NCBI GenBank assembly: GCA_965216875.1
Contig: OZ244207.1
Coordinates: 4,096,001 to 4,160,000 of the forward strand
Source of the DNA: Rubripirellula sp.
GTDB taxonomy: Bacteria; Planctomycetota; Planctomycetia; Pirellulales; Pirellulaceae
Reading direction: 5' to 3'
DNA: 64,000 nucleotides
Every line of letters starts with the position of its first letter. The stretch's first letter is position 1. The position numbers and the translations under genes were made by a program. The notes beneath the pieces are model-generated. The model did no database searches. It was not told where the DNA came from and saw only the letters and a list, made by a program, of their open reading frames with translations. Shown here piece by piece: positions 47,019-56,449 of the stretch.

Positions 47019-48811
47019 CGCCGCAGCAACATGCTCGTGTCAAAGCGATCTTTGTCGAAGCAGCCAGACGAGATGCTTCCGAGCGAAAAGCCTACGTCCA
47101 AGAGGTTTGTGGCGACGACCAAGTCGTTCTCGGCGAAGTCCTTTCGCTCTTAGAGTTCCACCAAGACGAAACGTTGCTTGAGCCGGCCGACGCGACATTG
47201 ACGGCCGACCTGGATGTGACCGGCGTCGATGCGACCGAAGTGGGACACGACCAAAGCATTGCGGTCGAAACACCCCGCTTTGGCGACACCTACTTAGTGC
47301 AAAAGGATGTGTGGGAGGCCAACCGCCAAATCCTGCGCCGCCGCTTGATGGTGATCGCCTCGGTGATGGCCGTCTTTGTCACCTATTCGATCATCCGACT
47401 TCCCTTCAGCCCCTACCATCCCATTGGGGCTTACCTGGTACGGTGCGGCGCACTGCTGACCACTCTCTTTTGCGCGCTCATCCTTAAGCGAAAGCATGAC
47501 CTCTCGCTCGGCCAAATTCGTCTGATCGAATTCATCGTGATGGCCAATGCCGGCCTGCTAACCATCGTCATCGACGTGCGATTGATGCTACGTTGCGCCG
47601 CCGGTCATAACGAAGAGACACTCATCAGTGTCAACAATTGGAACTACTTTGCCTGGACCTTGATCATCATGGTTTACGGCGTCTTTATGCCCAATCGTTG
47701 GCAACGCGCCGCATTGGTGCTGATTCCGTGCGCAATCATCCCAAGCTTGGTCACCCTGCTAACAAGCTGGTACGAACCGCGCGTGGCCGAACTCCTTGCG
47801 ATGGACGAATTCGGGCGGCCACTGCCAACGCCATTCATCATGGCAGGGATCGCAATCTATGCAGCTCACCTGATCCACGGCGCGCGGCTGTCGGCATTCA
47901 AAGCCAAACGACTTGCCCAGTACCGCATCCTGAGCTTGATCGGCAGTGGGGGAATGGGCCAAGTCTACAAAGCAGAGCACCTACTGCTGAAGCGACACTG
48001 CGCGATCAAGGTCATCCGGCCGGAACATTGCGAAGACGACAAAGCACTGCGGCGTTTCGAACGAGAAGTGCAAGCCACCGCACACCTGACCCATCCGAAC
48101 ACCATCGAGGTGTACGACTACGGCCAAACCAAGGAAGGTGTCTTTTATTTTGCGATGGAGTTTCTGCCGGGGATGAACCTGCGGGAGTTGGTCCGCCTCA
48201 CTGGCCCCGTTCCAGCAAGTCGCGCCGTCCATTTCTTGACGCAGGTCGCCGAAGCCCTTCAAGAAGCACACCATGCCAAGCTGATCCACCGCGACATCAA
48301 GCCGGCAAATATCTTTGCAACCGAACGTGGTGGCATCTACGACTTTGCGAAGCTGCTCGACTTCGGCGTTGTTCGCCAAATCGCTGTCGACCCCAAGGCA
48401 ACTGCCTCTGGCGGGCTCGTTGCTGGCACGCCCGCGTACATGTCACCCGAACAGATCACCTCGCCAGGAAGCGTCAGCGAAGCGAGCGATATCTACGCCC
48501 TGGGCGCCGTCGGCTATTTTTTGGTCACAGGCCATGCGCCGCTCGGTGGCGCAACCCCCATGGACACCATGCTTGCTCAAGTCAACCAAATGCCCGAGCC
48601 GCCTTCGCGCCGAAACGCAGACATCCCCGCTGACGTCGAAGCGCTGATCATGGGCTGTTTGGCGAAATCGCCCGGCGAGCGAATCGCATCGGCCGCAACC
48701 TTGCAGGAGCGTCTGCAGCGGTGCCAATGCTACGGTGATTGGTCCCGTGATGACGCAAAAAAATGGTGGACCCGACTAGCCGAGTCCACCATTTCAGAAA
48801 ACCAATCGTGA
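47015..48811 (+). CDS. Ser/Thr protein kinase with multi-pass membrane region N-terminal to the kinase domain
   Basis: GTGA overlap with the ECF stop; about 6 hydrophobic segments; GSGGMGQVY, CAIK, HRDIKPAN, DFG, GTPAYMSPE. Confidence 0.93.
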   Translation: MTPQQHARVKAIFVEAARRDASERKAYVQEVCGDDQVVLGEVLSLLEFHQDETLLEPADATLTADLDVTGVDATEVGHDQSIAVETPRFGDTYLVQKDVWEANRQILRRRLMVIASVMAVFVTYSIIRLPFSPYHPIGAYLVRCGALLTTLFCALILKRKHDLSLGQIRLIEFIVMANAGLLTIVIDVRLMLRCAAGHNEETLISVNNWNYFAWTLIIMVYGVFMPNRWQRAALVLIPCAIIPSLVTLLTSWYEPRVAELLAMDEFGRPLPTPFIMAGIAIYAAHLIHGARLSAFKAKRLAQYRILSLIGSGGMGQVYKAEHLLLKRHCAIKVIRPEHCEDDKALRRFEREVQATAHLTHPNTIEVYDYGQTKEGVFYFAMEFLPGMNLRELVRLTGPVPASRAVHFLTQVAEALQEAHHAKLIHRDIKPANIFATERGGIYDFAKLLDFGVVRQIAVDPKATASGGLVAGTPAYMSPEQITSPGSVSEASDIYALGAVGYFLVTGHAPLGGATPMDTMLAQVNQMPEPPSRRNADIPADVEALIMGCLAKSPGERIASAATLQERLQRCQCYGDWSRDDAKKWWTRLAESTISENQS

Positions 48812-48821
48812 GCGTCAATCT

Positions 48822-50360
48822 CTAGAATTCGGCGCTGTACTTTTCGGTCATTTGACGACGCATTTGCGATTGTGCATCGTCCATCTGGCGCCAGATTTCC
48901 TGGACCGTCGCGGCACCTGCCGAACGCTCTTGAGTACGAATGATCGCGTTGGTGCGACCTTGCTCTTGCAAGGCCGCTTGTCCAGGCATCATGCTGACGT
49001 TGTAGCCACTGGCGCCATACAGGCCACCGTGGTAACCCATGCCGGCTCGGTAGCCACCAAACGTGCCAGAGTAGTAACCGCCCGAACGCTGGGTGTTGGA
49101 CATCGTTCGGTTCGAAACCCGCATGCCTACGCCTTTCATCGACATTTCAGCGTTTCGCAAACTTGCGGCAATTGTGGAACCGTAGTCGAGCATCTCGCTA
49201 TCGACGTTCATGATCGGCAAGCGATCGATTTTGCGAGCGTACTTGTCGTACCACATCGCGGCTTGGCCAAAGGTCTTGACCTTGTCTCGCTTGGGCTTGA
49301 TACGCAAGTCGTCAAGCAACGTGTTGACGGAGTTCCAGTATTGCTGGGTTGCCAAGAGCTTGTTCTTGCCCTCTTGGTCGACTCCGGGCGAGGTCGCTTC
49401 GTGCATAGAATCCGAAAGCGTTCGCGGCAACTCAAGGACGCTGAGCAAACGGCGTGTGCCGTCAATCTTGAGCGGACCATTGAGCATCAAGGTATTGCCT
49501 TGGATCGAAAGCTTCCAATCGTAGAAGTCGTCGACCATCGCACCTTGTCGTTCGAGAACACGCAACAACAGATCCTTGCCAACCTCACGCAGTGCTTCGG
49601 GCGACTCACTAAAGTCGACGCGAATCGCACCCGCGGCTCGATCGAGCGTGGTCACACCAAGGGTGATTCCCTGGATACCGCTGAGCAGCTTCGCAGCCTG
49701 TTCGGTGTCAACACCCGCGTTCGTGACGAACTCCATTCGATCCAAGTGCGACTTGGCTTCCGTCGCTGAAATGGCACCATTGAGGTCGAGCGCCATCACG
49801 ATTGGAGTACGAACTTTGTTGGCATAGTCAAACGCGGTGCTCAAGTACGGAGGCAGGTTGTCGCCGCTACCAACATCGGTGATGCGAAGCCAACGACTCA
49901 CGTCTTGGCGGTTCGCCGGAACGTGCGAAGCAAGCAGGTCGCCCTTGAGTTGTACCACGTAGTGGTCGTTTGGCAGACGAGCGGCCGATCGACCTTCGAT
50001 CTCGTCCATCGATCCACCGTAACGGGCTGCAACCGTGGTGACGTTTCGCTCGGCATTGAGCTTGATCATCGCGAGCTCCCAAATGGTGTCACCAAGCTCG
50101 GTGTCCATTCGGCCTGCGATCAAGACTTCCTTGCCGTCCGGGGGAAGCGCGAGCAAGCCGGAGTTGTACGCCTCTCTGCGTTTTTCATTCCACTGTTCGA
50201 TGTCGGCAACGGTCGAACCGAACATCTTGTCAGCGTTGATCAGAATCAGTGTATTGGCATCGCGTGGGATGCGGTATTTCATGCCCGAGAAAGGGGCTTG
50301 TGCCACTACATGTGCAACCGAAGTGACAGCTAGCAGTGAAAACAGGACAAGACGGTTCAT
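48822..50360 (-). CDS. Secreted hypothetical protein
   Basis: Signal peptide MNRLVLFSLLAVTSVAHVVAQ; 512-aa ORF; Gly/Tyr-rich segment near the C-terminus. Confidence 0.8.
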   Translation of the reverse strand: MNRLVLFSLLAVTSVAHVVAQAPFSGMKYRIPRDANTLILINADKMFGSTVADIEQWNEKRREAYNSGLLALPPDGKEVLIAGRMDTELGDTIWELAMIKLNAERNVTTVAARYGGSMDEIEGRSAARLPNDHYVVQLKGDLLASHVPANRQDVSRWLRITDVGSGDNLPPYLSTAFDYANKVRTPIVMALDLNGAISATEAKSHLDRMEFVTNAGVDTEQAAKLLSGIQGITLGVTTLDRAAGAIRVDFSESPEALREVGKDLLLRVLERQGAMVDDFYDWKLSIQGNTLMLNGPLKIDGTRRLLSVLELPRTLSDSMHEATSPGVDQEGKNKLLATQQYWNSVNTLLDDLRIKPKRDKVKTFGQAAMWYDKYARKIDRLPIMNVDSEMLDYGSTIAASLRNAEMSMKGVGMRVSNRTMSNTQRSGGYYSGTFGGYRAGMGYHGGLYGASGYNVSMMPGQAALQEQGRTNAIIRTQERSAGAATVQEIWRQMDDAQSQMRRQMTEKYSAEF

Positions 50361-50651
50361 TGGTGAAAGGCTCGTACAATCTGGATTTTTGTCGACGTCG
50401 CGACCCCGCGCGACGCTCGAGTCGAATCGCGATTATAGACACTGAGAATCAAAATGTCGTTCTGGCGAGTCCCCCAAGGATGCCGAAATTGCGAATCCGG
50501 ACAGAGAAATCGGCCCAAATCCAGCCGATTGTGCTCCGGATTGGCCAATCCGCCTCCCCGACGCCAGTTGGGCGGGTAGCTCTCCCGCCAAGTTTCGTGG
50601 TCAACGCCAGCACACCTGTGCCCGCAGAATGCGAGAAGGGGAGTGAGAGAA

Positions 50652-50908
50652 ACCACGAATCGAACGAATCACACGAATGATCACTTCGGGAGCGCGAGGC
50701 TCCCGCCGAGCTTCCACGATTCAATTCCTGCCCAGTTGATCGGCCACAAAAAACACAACAAGGCACGAAAAGAAAAACGACGACGTTCATGCTCTGAAAT
50801 TCTTGTGACTTTTCGTGCTTCTCGTGGCCATGCTCTTCCGACCACGAATCGAACGAACCACACGAACCACACGAATGATCACCTCGGGAGGGCGAGGCTC
50901 CCGCCGAG
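50652..50908. repeat. Composite repeat: two direct copies of a 9-nt-periodic motif + REP-like hairpin flanking a 9-nt-periodic inverted repeat
   Basis: ACCACGAATCGAACGAA..CACACGAATGATCAC.TCGGGAG.GCGAGGCTCCCGCCGAG at 50652-50710 and 50841-50908; GGCCACAAAAAACACAACAAGGCACGAAA..TTTCGTGCTTCTCGTGGCC between them. Confidence 0.85.
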
Positions 50909-50926
50909 ATTCCTTGATCCGGTTCT

Positions 50927-51298
50927 CTAGAACCGCTCGAGCACTGATTGCACGAGCCGGCACATATCGTCACCTGAGTATGGCTTTTCCAAACAGGCCA
51001 CCGCGCCTTCTTGTTGCAAACGTGCGAAACACTTCGCGTCCGTATTGCCGCTGATAAAGATGGTGGGCACATCCATCTCCTTCTTGAGCATCAAGCCTCT
51101 CAGCTCAATCCCGCTCATTCCGGGCAAATGAACGTCAAGAATTAGGCAACCTTGGACATCGCCATCAAACGAATCAAAGAAGTCCTCTGCGGTATGAAAC
51201 ACCTTAGGCTTGATGCCGATCACTGATAGTAACGCGACCAACGAAGCGGCCGCAGCGTGGTCGTCGTCGACCACGTAAACCGGGGCTTGATTCTTCAT
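50927..51298 (-). CDS. Stand-alone response regulator receiver (FixJ-like N-domain)
   Basis: VYVVDDD; CLILDVHLPGMSG; IFISG; LEKP. Confidence 0.92.
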   Translation of the reverse strand: MKNQAPVYVVDDDHAAAASLVALLSVIGIKPKVFHTAEDFFDSFDGDVQGCLILDVHLPGMSGIELRGLMLKKEMDVPTIFISGNTDAKCFARLQQEGAVACLEKPYSGDDMCRLVQSVLERF

Positions 51299-51399
51299 CC
51301 CGACGGATTGGTTTTGAGGTTGGTGTAGCTCAGCACCACCACCAGCAACTCCGCTCATGCCCCCTCCGCTGATGTTGATTCATTTCAACGCTTGCAGGA

Positions 51400-53007
51400 T
51401 CACTCGACCCTGTTGTCTTGTTCTGCGTCGGACGGAGCTTTGGGGAGTTTGATATGGAAACAAGAACCGACACCACGATCCACATCACGCCACAATCGGC
51501 CTTGATGATGTTGAATGATCGATCGACTGATGGCCAATCCCATTCCCATTCCGCTCTGCTTCGTCGAGAAGAACGGATCAAACATATGGGCCGCTGATTC
51601 TGCGTCAATGCCTGAACCGTTGTCCTCGACCGTCACATGCACATCGTCCTGCTGAATGCTCGCTTTGATCAAGACGACGGGATGTTCCACTCCCGATTCG
51701 GCCAACGCGTCACATGCGTTGCGTATCAGATTCACGAACACTTGCTGTAATTCGGTCGCGTTTCCAATAACGTATGGAATCGGCTTCGGCACTTCCACAT
51801 CAAAGTCGATGTGTTGTTCGGCAATTGTCCATTCAAGCAGCTTTTTTGAATCGCCAATCACCTCATCAAGACCAACCAGGGTTCGCTCAGATTCGTCTTT
51901 GCGAACAAAGTTTCGCAAACGGCGAATGATATCGCCGCACCTGATCGCTTGCTCGCCCATATGAGCGATCCATCGCGACACGTCGTCTTCGGGCGATACT
52001 CCACGTTCGGCCATCACGCATTGTGCCGCATCGGCGTAGTTCGCGATTGCCGAAAGTGGTTGGTTCACTTCATGCGCGATGGCGGCAACCATTTCGCCCA
52101 TGATCGAGAGGCGAGAAACATGGGCCAATTCGCGCTCACGTGCGCGCAGTGTTTCGACGGCGTGAATCCTTTCGGTGATGTCGCGATCAGCACCACGGTA
52201 ACCGACGAAATGCCCCTCTTCGTCAAAGATGGGCGTCGCGTTACTTTCGAGCAAACGAAGTGTGCCATCGCGACGCTGCCATCGAATCACCCAACCGTTC
52301 CAGCCCTTGGCCTCGGCCATCATTTCGGAGACATCCGCGGCCAGTTTTGTGCGATCCTCTTCGCACAAGAAGTCGAGTCCCGACCGCCCAACCATCTCCT
52401 CGGGCTCGTAATCGAGGATCGCTTTGACTGCTGGGTTTGAGTACGTAAACACGCCGTTCACATCGCACTGCCAAATCCATTCACTCGTGGCATCAACGAT
52501 GGTGCGGTACTTTTCTTCGCTGCGACGAAGATCACGCGTCGCGACCGCCAAATGCTCCGATTGCTTTTCAAAATTCGCCTGCAGCAGCGACTCCGTGCGG
52601 CGCAGTTCTGCCTCGATTCGACGGCGTTTTGTGACATCTCGCACGGCGACCACGCCGAGCACTTTCGGTTTGGTGTGCAAACGACTCACGGTCAAATTCA
52701 CTTCGACGGCGTCGCGATCACCAATCGCTAACCGGTAAGCTTCTCGCGAATGAAAAAGCCGCGTCTCCTGACAAGACGCGAACAACTCACTGAGTAGCTC
52801 GGGATGCTCAGCAGCAAAAAGCTCGGCAACACCGAGCGAGAGCAACTCGCGACGAGAGAGCCCCGTTAACCTTTGGGCAGCCGGATTGGCTGCGATGATC
52901 GAAAGGTCGTCGGGATCAAAAACGAAGAGGCTGTCGCTTGATTCTTCAAACAAGCATCGTGAAAACTCGGCAGGGTCGATTGCAGCAAGGTCGGGATCCT
53001 GCAGCAT
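51400..53007 (-). CDS. Soluble PAS-PAS sensor histidine kinase (FixL-like)
   Basis: Two PAS domains; H-box AIAHEVNQPL; QVFVNLIRNA; DNGSG; FDPFFSTK..GMGMGLAI. Confidence 0.95.
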   Translation of the reverse strand: MLQDPDLAAIDPAEFSRCLFEESSDSLFVFDPDDLSIIAANPAAQRLTGLSRRELLSLGVAELFAAEHPELLSELFASCQETRLFHSREAYRLAIGDRDAVEVNLTVSRLHTKPKVLGVVAVRDVTKRRRIEAELRRTESLLQANFEKQSEHLAVATRDLRRSEEKYRTIVDATSEWIWQCDVNGVFTYSNPAVKAILDYEPEEMVGRSGLDFLCEEDRTKLAADVSEMMAEAKGWNGWVIRWQRRDGTLRLLESNATPIFDEEGHFVGYRGADRDITERIHAVETLRARERELAHVSRLSIMGEMVAAIAHEVNQPLSAIANYADAAQCVMAERGVSPEDDVSRWIAHMGEQAIRCGDIIRRLRNFVRKDESERTLVGLDEVIGDSKKLLEWTIAEQHIDFDVEVPKPIPYVIGNATELQQVFVNLIRNACDALAESGVEHPVVLIKASIQQDDVHVTVEDNGSGIDAESAAHMFDPFFSTKQSGMGMGLAISRSIIQHHQGRLWRDVDRGVGSCFHIKLPKAPSDAEQDNRVE

Positions 53008-53197
53008 GATTGCCTTCTCCGTTTTGCCTTCCTAACGTTCCGCGACGCATTACTCCAACCACAAACAATCATTCGCCGTTAGTTGTCCCGCCGGACGAGT
53101 CCCACAGCACCTCCATTGTGGGGGATGGGACATCGCGTGCCAATACCAGCGTGCCACATCCCTGGCTTTACGAGATTCTGGCTATCAGATCTTCGCC

Positions 53198-54130
53198 CTA
53201 TCGATCGAGCAAAGTCTCAAGATGAATTTGCACGCTCTCCGCCAGCGCGTCGGGGTTGTAGCCTCCTTCGAGCATGCTCACCAGTCGCCCTTCGCAATGA
53301 ACGTCCGCGATCGATTGAACGATCTGCGTCAGGGTTTGAAAGTCTTCGCTTTCCAATTGGAGCGAACCGATGGGATCGAGCGCGTGGGAATCAAACCCGG
53401 CGCTGACAAGCACGAGTTCTGGCTTGACCCGCTCGGCCAACGCTTCCACCCCCTTACGAAAGCGACTCAGTTGCGCTTTCGGTGAAGTGCCATAGGTAAT
53501 CGGTAGGTTAACGGTGTAGCCGAGTCCAGCTCCTTCACCCGTCTCGTCTTCGCCGCCCGATCCGGGATAGAAGGGATAGCGGTGCATCGAAAGAAAGCCA
53601 ACGCGATCATCGCGCCAGAAGGACGCCTGTGTTCCGTTTCCATGGTGGACGTCCCAATCGATCACCAGCACGCGTTGCAAACCGCACCGGTCGATCGCAT
53701 GCATCGCGGCGACCGCAACGTTGTTGAACAGACAAAAGCCCATCGGATGCTTTTGCATCGCGTGGTGGCCAGGAGGTCGCACCAAACAAAACGCTTGTTG
53801 ATCTTGGCCACCGGTGACGCGTTCAACGGCATCGCAGACGGCCCCCGACGCAAGTTCGGCGGCAACCATCGATCGGTCACTCACGACGGTATCGGCTTCG
53901 ATCTGCCCGCCGCCACCGGCAACAAAACTGCGGATCGCTTCGATGTTGTCTTGCGAATGCACGCGTTCCAATTCGTCATCGGTCGCCACGTCCCAGCTTG
54001 GCGAGGTGCATCGCTCAATCACCTTCGCTTCGCGCAAACGCGCCATGACGCTTCGCAGACGCTGGGCGTTTTCGGGATGACCACCCGTATCATGTTCCAA
54101 GAAACGATCGTCGTAGTAAAAAAGTGTCAT
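53198..54130 (-). CDS. Histone deacetylase family (zinc-dependent deacylase)
   Basis: HPEN; RPPGHHA; GFCLFNN; DWDVHHGNGTQ; SAGFD; LEGGY. Confidence 0.96.
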   Translation of the reverse strand: MTLFYYDDRFLEHDTGGHPENAQRLRSVMARLREAKVIERCTSPSWDVATDDELERVHSQDNIEAIRSFVAGGGGQIEADTVVSDRSMVAAELASGAVCDAVERVTGGQDQQAFCLVRPPGHHAMQKHPMGFCLFNNVAVAAMHAIDRCGLQRVLVIDWDVHHGNGTQASFWRDDRVGFLSMHRYPFYPGSGGEDETGEGAGLGYTVNLPITYGTSPKAQLSRFRKGVEALAERVKPELVLVSAGFDSHALDPIGSLQLESEDFQTLTQIVQSIADVHCEGRLVSMLEGGYNPDALAESVQIHLETLLDR

Positions 54131-54200
54131 GACGAAAGTGTAACGCGATTGAGAAATGTGGGCGCCACGAGGAGGAGTGGTGATCGTTTGCCGGCTGCCG

Positions 54201-54320
54201 GTTCGTAGTACCGAGCTTCCGCCGGAATCTTCGCGCTCTTCCGCCTGAAGGCGGGACTACAAACGCGTGTGATAGTAGGCCGCGAACCGTCAATTCCCAC
54301 CTTCTGGCGAAGGTAGCTAC
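54201..54320. repeat. GTAG-type REP doublet plus a GTAGCTAC-type half element
   Basis: GTTCGTAGTACCGAGCTTCCGCCGGAATC..CCGCCTGAAGGCGGGACTACAAAC (54201-54264); CCACCTTCTGGCGAAGGTAGCTAC (54297-54320). Confidence 0.88.
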
Positions 54321-54347
54321 GGGAGTCAGTGAGGACTCGGAGCGTGG

Positions 54348-55199
54348 CTAATCGCGGGCAAGGTAGATCGCGTCACCGGTGAAACGACGACGAAAGTCCT
54401 TATCCGACCAAACGACACGTCCAATTGCCGGGTCACCGATGATCCAATGCCCGTCGCGATGTTCAATCACCACGACCGCATGCCCTTCGCCGCGCGGGCC
54501 AAGAAAGGTCGAAATCCCACGTTGGCTACGAACGCCCGCGAATTCCACCAAGGCAACATTGGGAAGCTGGCCAGCCCCATCCCACGCCGACGGGTCACGC
54601 TCGGCGACTCGAGGTTGAACGGGATTTGAGTTGGTCGCGAGTTTCAATCCTCGATAGAGTCCAAGTGGCTCGGTCCCATGTTCGCTGGTCAGGCAATCGC
54701 GAATCATTCCCTTTTCAGTTGCAACGATTCCATTCATGCGCAACAACGTTGCCGCCGCTGCAGGCGCACACGTTGCCTCATGACTCTGCAAGCAAACGCC
54801 CTCTCGCCAGTCCATCGATTCTTCAACCATGGTCGGCGCGAGAATCGGACGAGCGATCGGCATTGCTAAATAGAAAACGGCGAGTGTCCAAAGCGCCGTC
54901 GCCGTGACGGGACGGCTCCAGCCCTGAAGTCCCTTGGCCGTTCCCACCAAGCCGGCGGTGAACCCGAGCGTGATCGGCATCAGGTTGGACCAGTACACCA
55001 CTCCGCTGCCTGTCAGGGCGTTGGCCCAAAGGAGACGACCTGCGAAGAACCAAGCAAAGGTCAACGAAAAAAGAAGCGACTCGACAAACAGAAGTGACTT
55101 TCCCGTTTGCAGCTTGGGGCCGACCCAAGCGCCCGCACGGTAAGCCAGCACCGATAGCACAGAGATTGCAGCAATCGCGGTGATCAGGTCCCAGCTCAT
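54348..55199 (-). CDS. Membrane-anchored peptidase C39-like protein
   Basis: About 4 N-terminal TMs; LQSHEATCAPAA (Q..C), GHAVVV (H), IGDPA (D). Confidence 0.85.
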   Translation of the reverse strand: MSWDLITAIAAISVLSVLAYRAGAWVGPKLQTGKSLLFVESLLFSLTFAWFFAGRLLWANALTGSGVVYWSNLMPITLGFTAGLVGTAKGLQGWSRPVTATALWTLAVFYLAMPIARPILAPTMVEESMDWREGVCLQSHEATCAPAAAATLLRMNGIVATEKGMIRDCLTSEHGTEPLGLYRGLKLATNSNPVQPRVAERDPSAWDGAGQLPNVALVEFAGVRSQRGISTFLGPRGEGHAVVVIEHRDGHWIIGDPAIGRVVWSDKDFRRRFTGDAIYLARD

Positions 55200-55243
55200 C
55201 TAGGGGGCCTCCAGCGCAGGCTAAGGAGCGACGAAAACACTCT

Positions 55244-55272
55244 GTTAAGAATAGGTTATCACATTGTTATCA
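55244..55272. promoter_or_regulatory. Three 7-mer direct repeats at 11-bp period upstream of the C39-like gene
   Basis: GTTAAGA (55244), GTTATCA (55255), GTTATCA (55266). Confidence 0.4.
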
Positions 55273-55426
55273 AATGGCGTCCCGCCGGGCAATACTATCG
55301 TTATCGGCCCCCAAGGGTGCGATCTCCTCCCAAAACGCTTTTCATCGCTATTCAATCGGTAGTCCCAATCCGAGCCCCCTGTCCCCGAAGAGCCGGGGAT
55401 TCCGGCCTAAGCCCCATCAGCGCAAG

Positions 55427-55457
55427 AAAAAACGGCAAACGATGGTCCGTTTGCCGT
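55427..55457 (-). terminator. Intrinsic terminator after the FKBP gene
   Basis: Minus strand ACGGCAAACG-GACCAT-CGTTTGCCGT followed by a T-run. Confidence 0.8.
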
Positions 55458-55487
55458 CTTCACGGTTTGTCAGATTGAAAAACGCGG

Positions 55488-56012
55488 TTACTTCACGCCG
55501 AAGAGTTCGACCACAAAGTGGAGGGTGGCGTTGGGTGGAATCGTGCCGGGAACGCCACGAGGTCCGTAGCCAAGCGCACTGGGAATCTCCAATTCGATCA
55601 TGCCGCCGTTTCCAATTAGCTGCATGCCTTCGGTCCACCCAGGAATCACACCGCCAAGGGGGAAGGTCGCTCGATTGCCTCGGCGATAAGAGCTGTCGAA
55701 GATTTTGCCGTCATCCGTCCAACCTTTGTAATGCACAGTGACCACGCTGCGACGTGTGGGTCGCGGCTTTTTGCTGGCTCGCAAAATGCGGTACTTCAGC
55801 CCCGAGTCGGTGGTCTTGAACTCGGCCGAAGCATCCTTGTCGATCTTGCCGGGCTTAGCGACTTCGCGTGGGTCGTCCGGCCCTGCCTTGAGCTTCTCGG
55901 CTTTTTCATCGGCCTTTTCCACTTTCTCAGCGGCCTCATCGTCCGCGACCAACGTCACGGCGGAGAAGCAAACCAACGGCAGGACCAGCAGGAAATGTTT
56001 GATCATGATCAT
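55488..56012 (-). CDS. FKBP-type peptidyl-prolyl cis-trans isomerase, secreted
   Basis: TDSGLKY; VTVHYKG..FDSS; VIPGWTEGM; IPSALGYG; IPPNATLHFVVEL. Confidence 0.96.
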   Translation of the reverse strand: MIMIKHFLLVLPLVCFSAVTLVADDEAAEKVEKADEKAEKLKAGPDDPREVAKPGKIDKDASAEFKTTDSGLKYRILRASKKPRPTRRSVVTVHYKGWTDDGKIFDSSYRRGNRATFPLGGVIPGWTEGMQLIGNGGMIELEIPSALGYGPRGVPGTIPPNATLHFVVELFGVK

Positions 56013-56092
56013 CGCAAAGGGTTCGTGAAATTTCGGAGGAATTCGGTGTTTGTGATTCGGAGTGAGGCCCACCGTGAGGCTCGGGTGACACC

Positions 56093-56449
56093 CTAAGACT
56101 TGGGGGAGGCGACCAGCATTCGCTCGACAGCCTCCCGGCCCGTGATGCCAATTTCAATGCCAAATGACTTAGCCTTGGGAGTGCAATCAACGATTTTGGC
56201 ATCAAGAAGGTCTTCTGGATACGTCAAAGGTTGCGTTGGGGTTCCCTTGGCAATGGCGATTGCTTGACCAAATTCGGTCGGAGTTTCGATGGCGTAGATC
56301 CCACAGCCAACGATTCCGTTGTGAGTCAGGATCGAACAATACTGGCCACCGTTCCAACGATGGCTCATCCCCAAAGCTTCGCCGTTTTCGAATTGAAGCG
56401 TCTTGGTTGTGCTTGATGGCAGTTTGTCTTCAGACATCGTTCCACTCAA
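56093..56449 (-). CDS. YunC/DUF1805 family protein
   Basis: GIVGCG; EDLLDAKIV..T.KA..GIEIGITGREA pattern; start may be ATG 56437. Confidence 0.75.
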   Translation of the reverse strand: MSGTMSEDKLPSSTTKTLQFENGEALGMSHRWNGGQYCSILTHNGIVGCGIYAIETPTEFGQAIAIAKGTPTQPLTYPEDLLDAKIVDCTPKAKSFGIEIGITGREAVERMLVASPKS

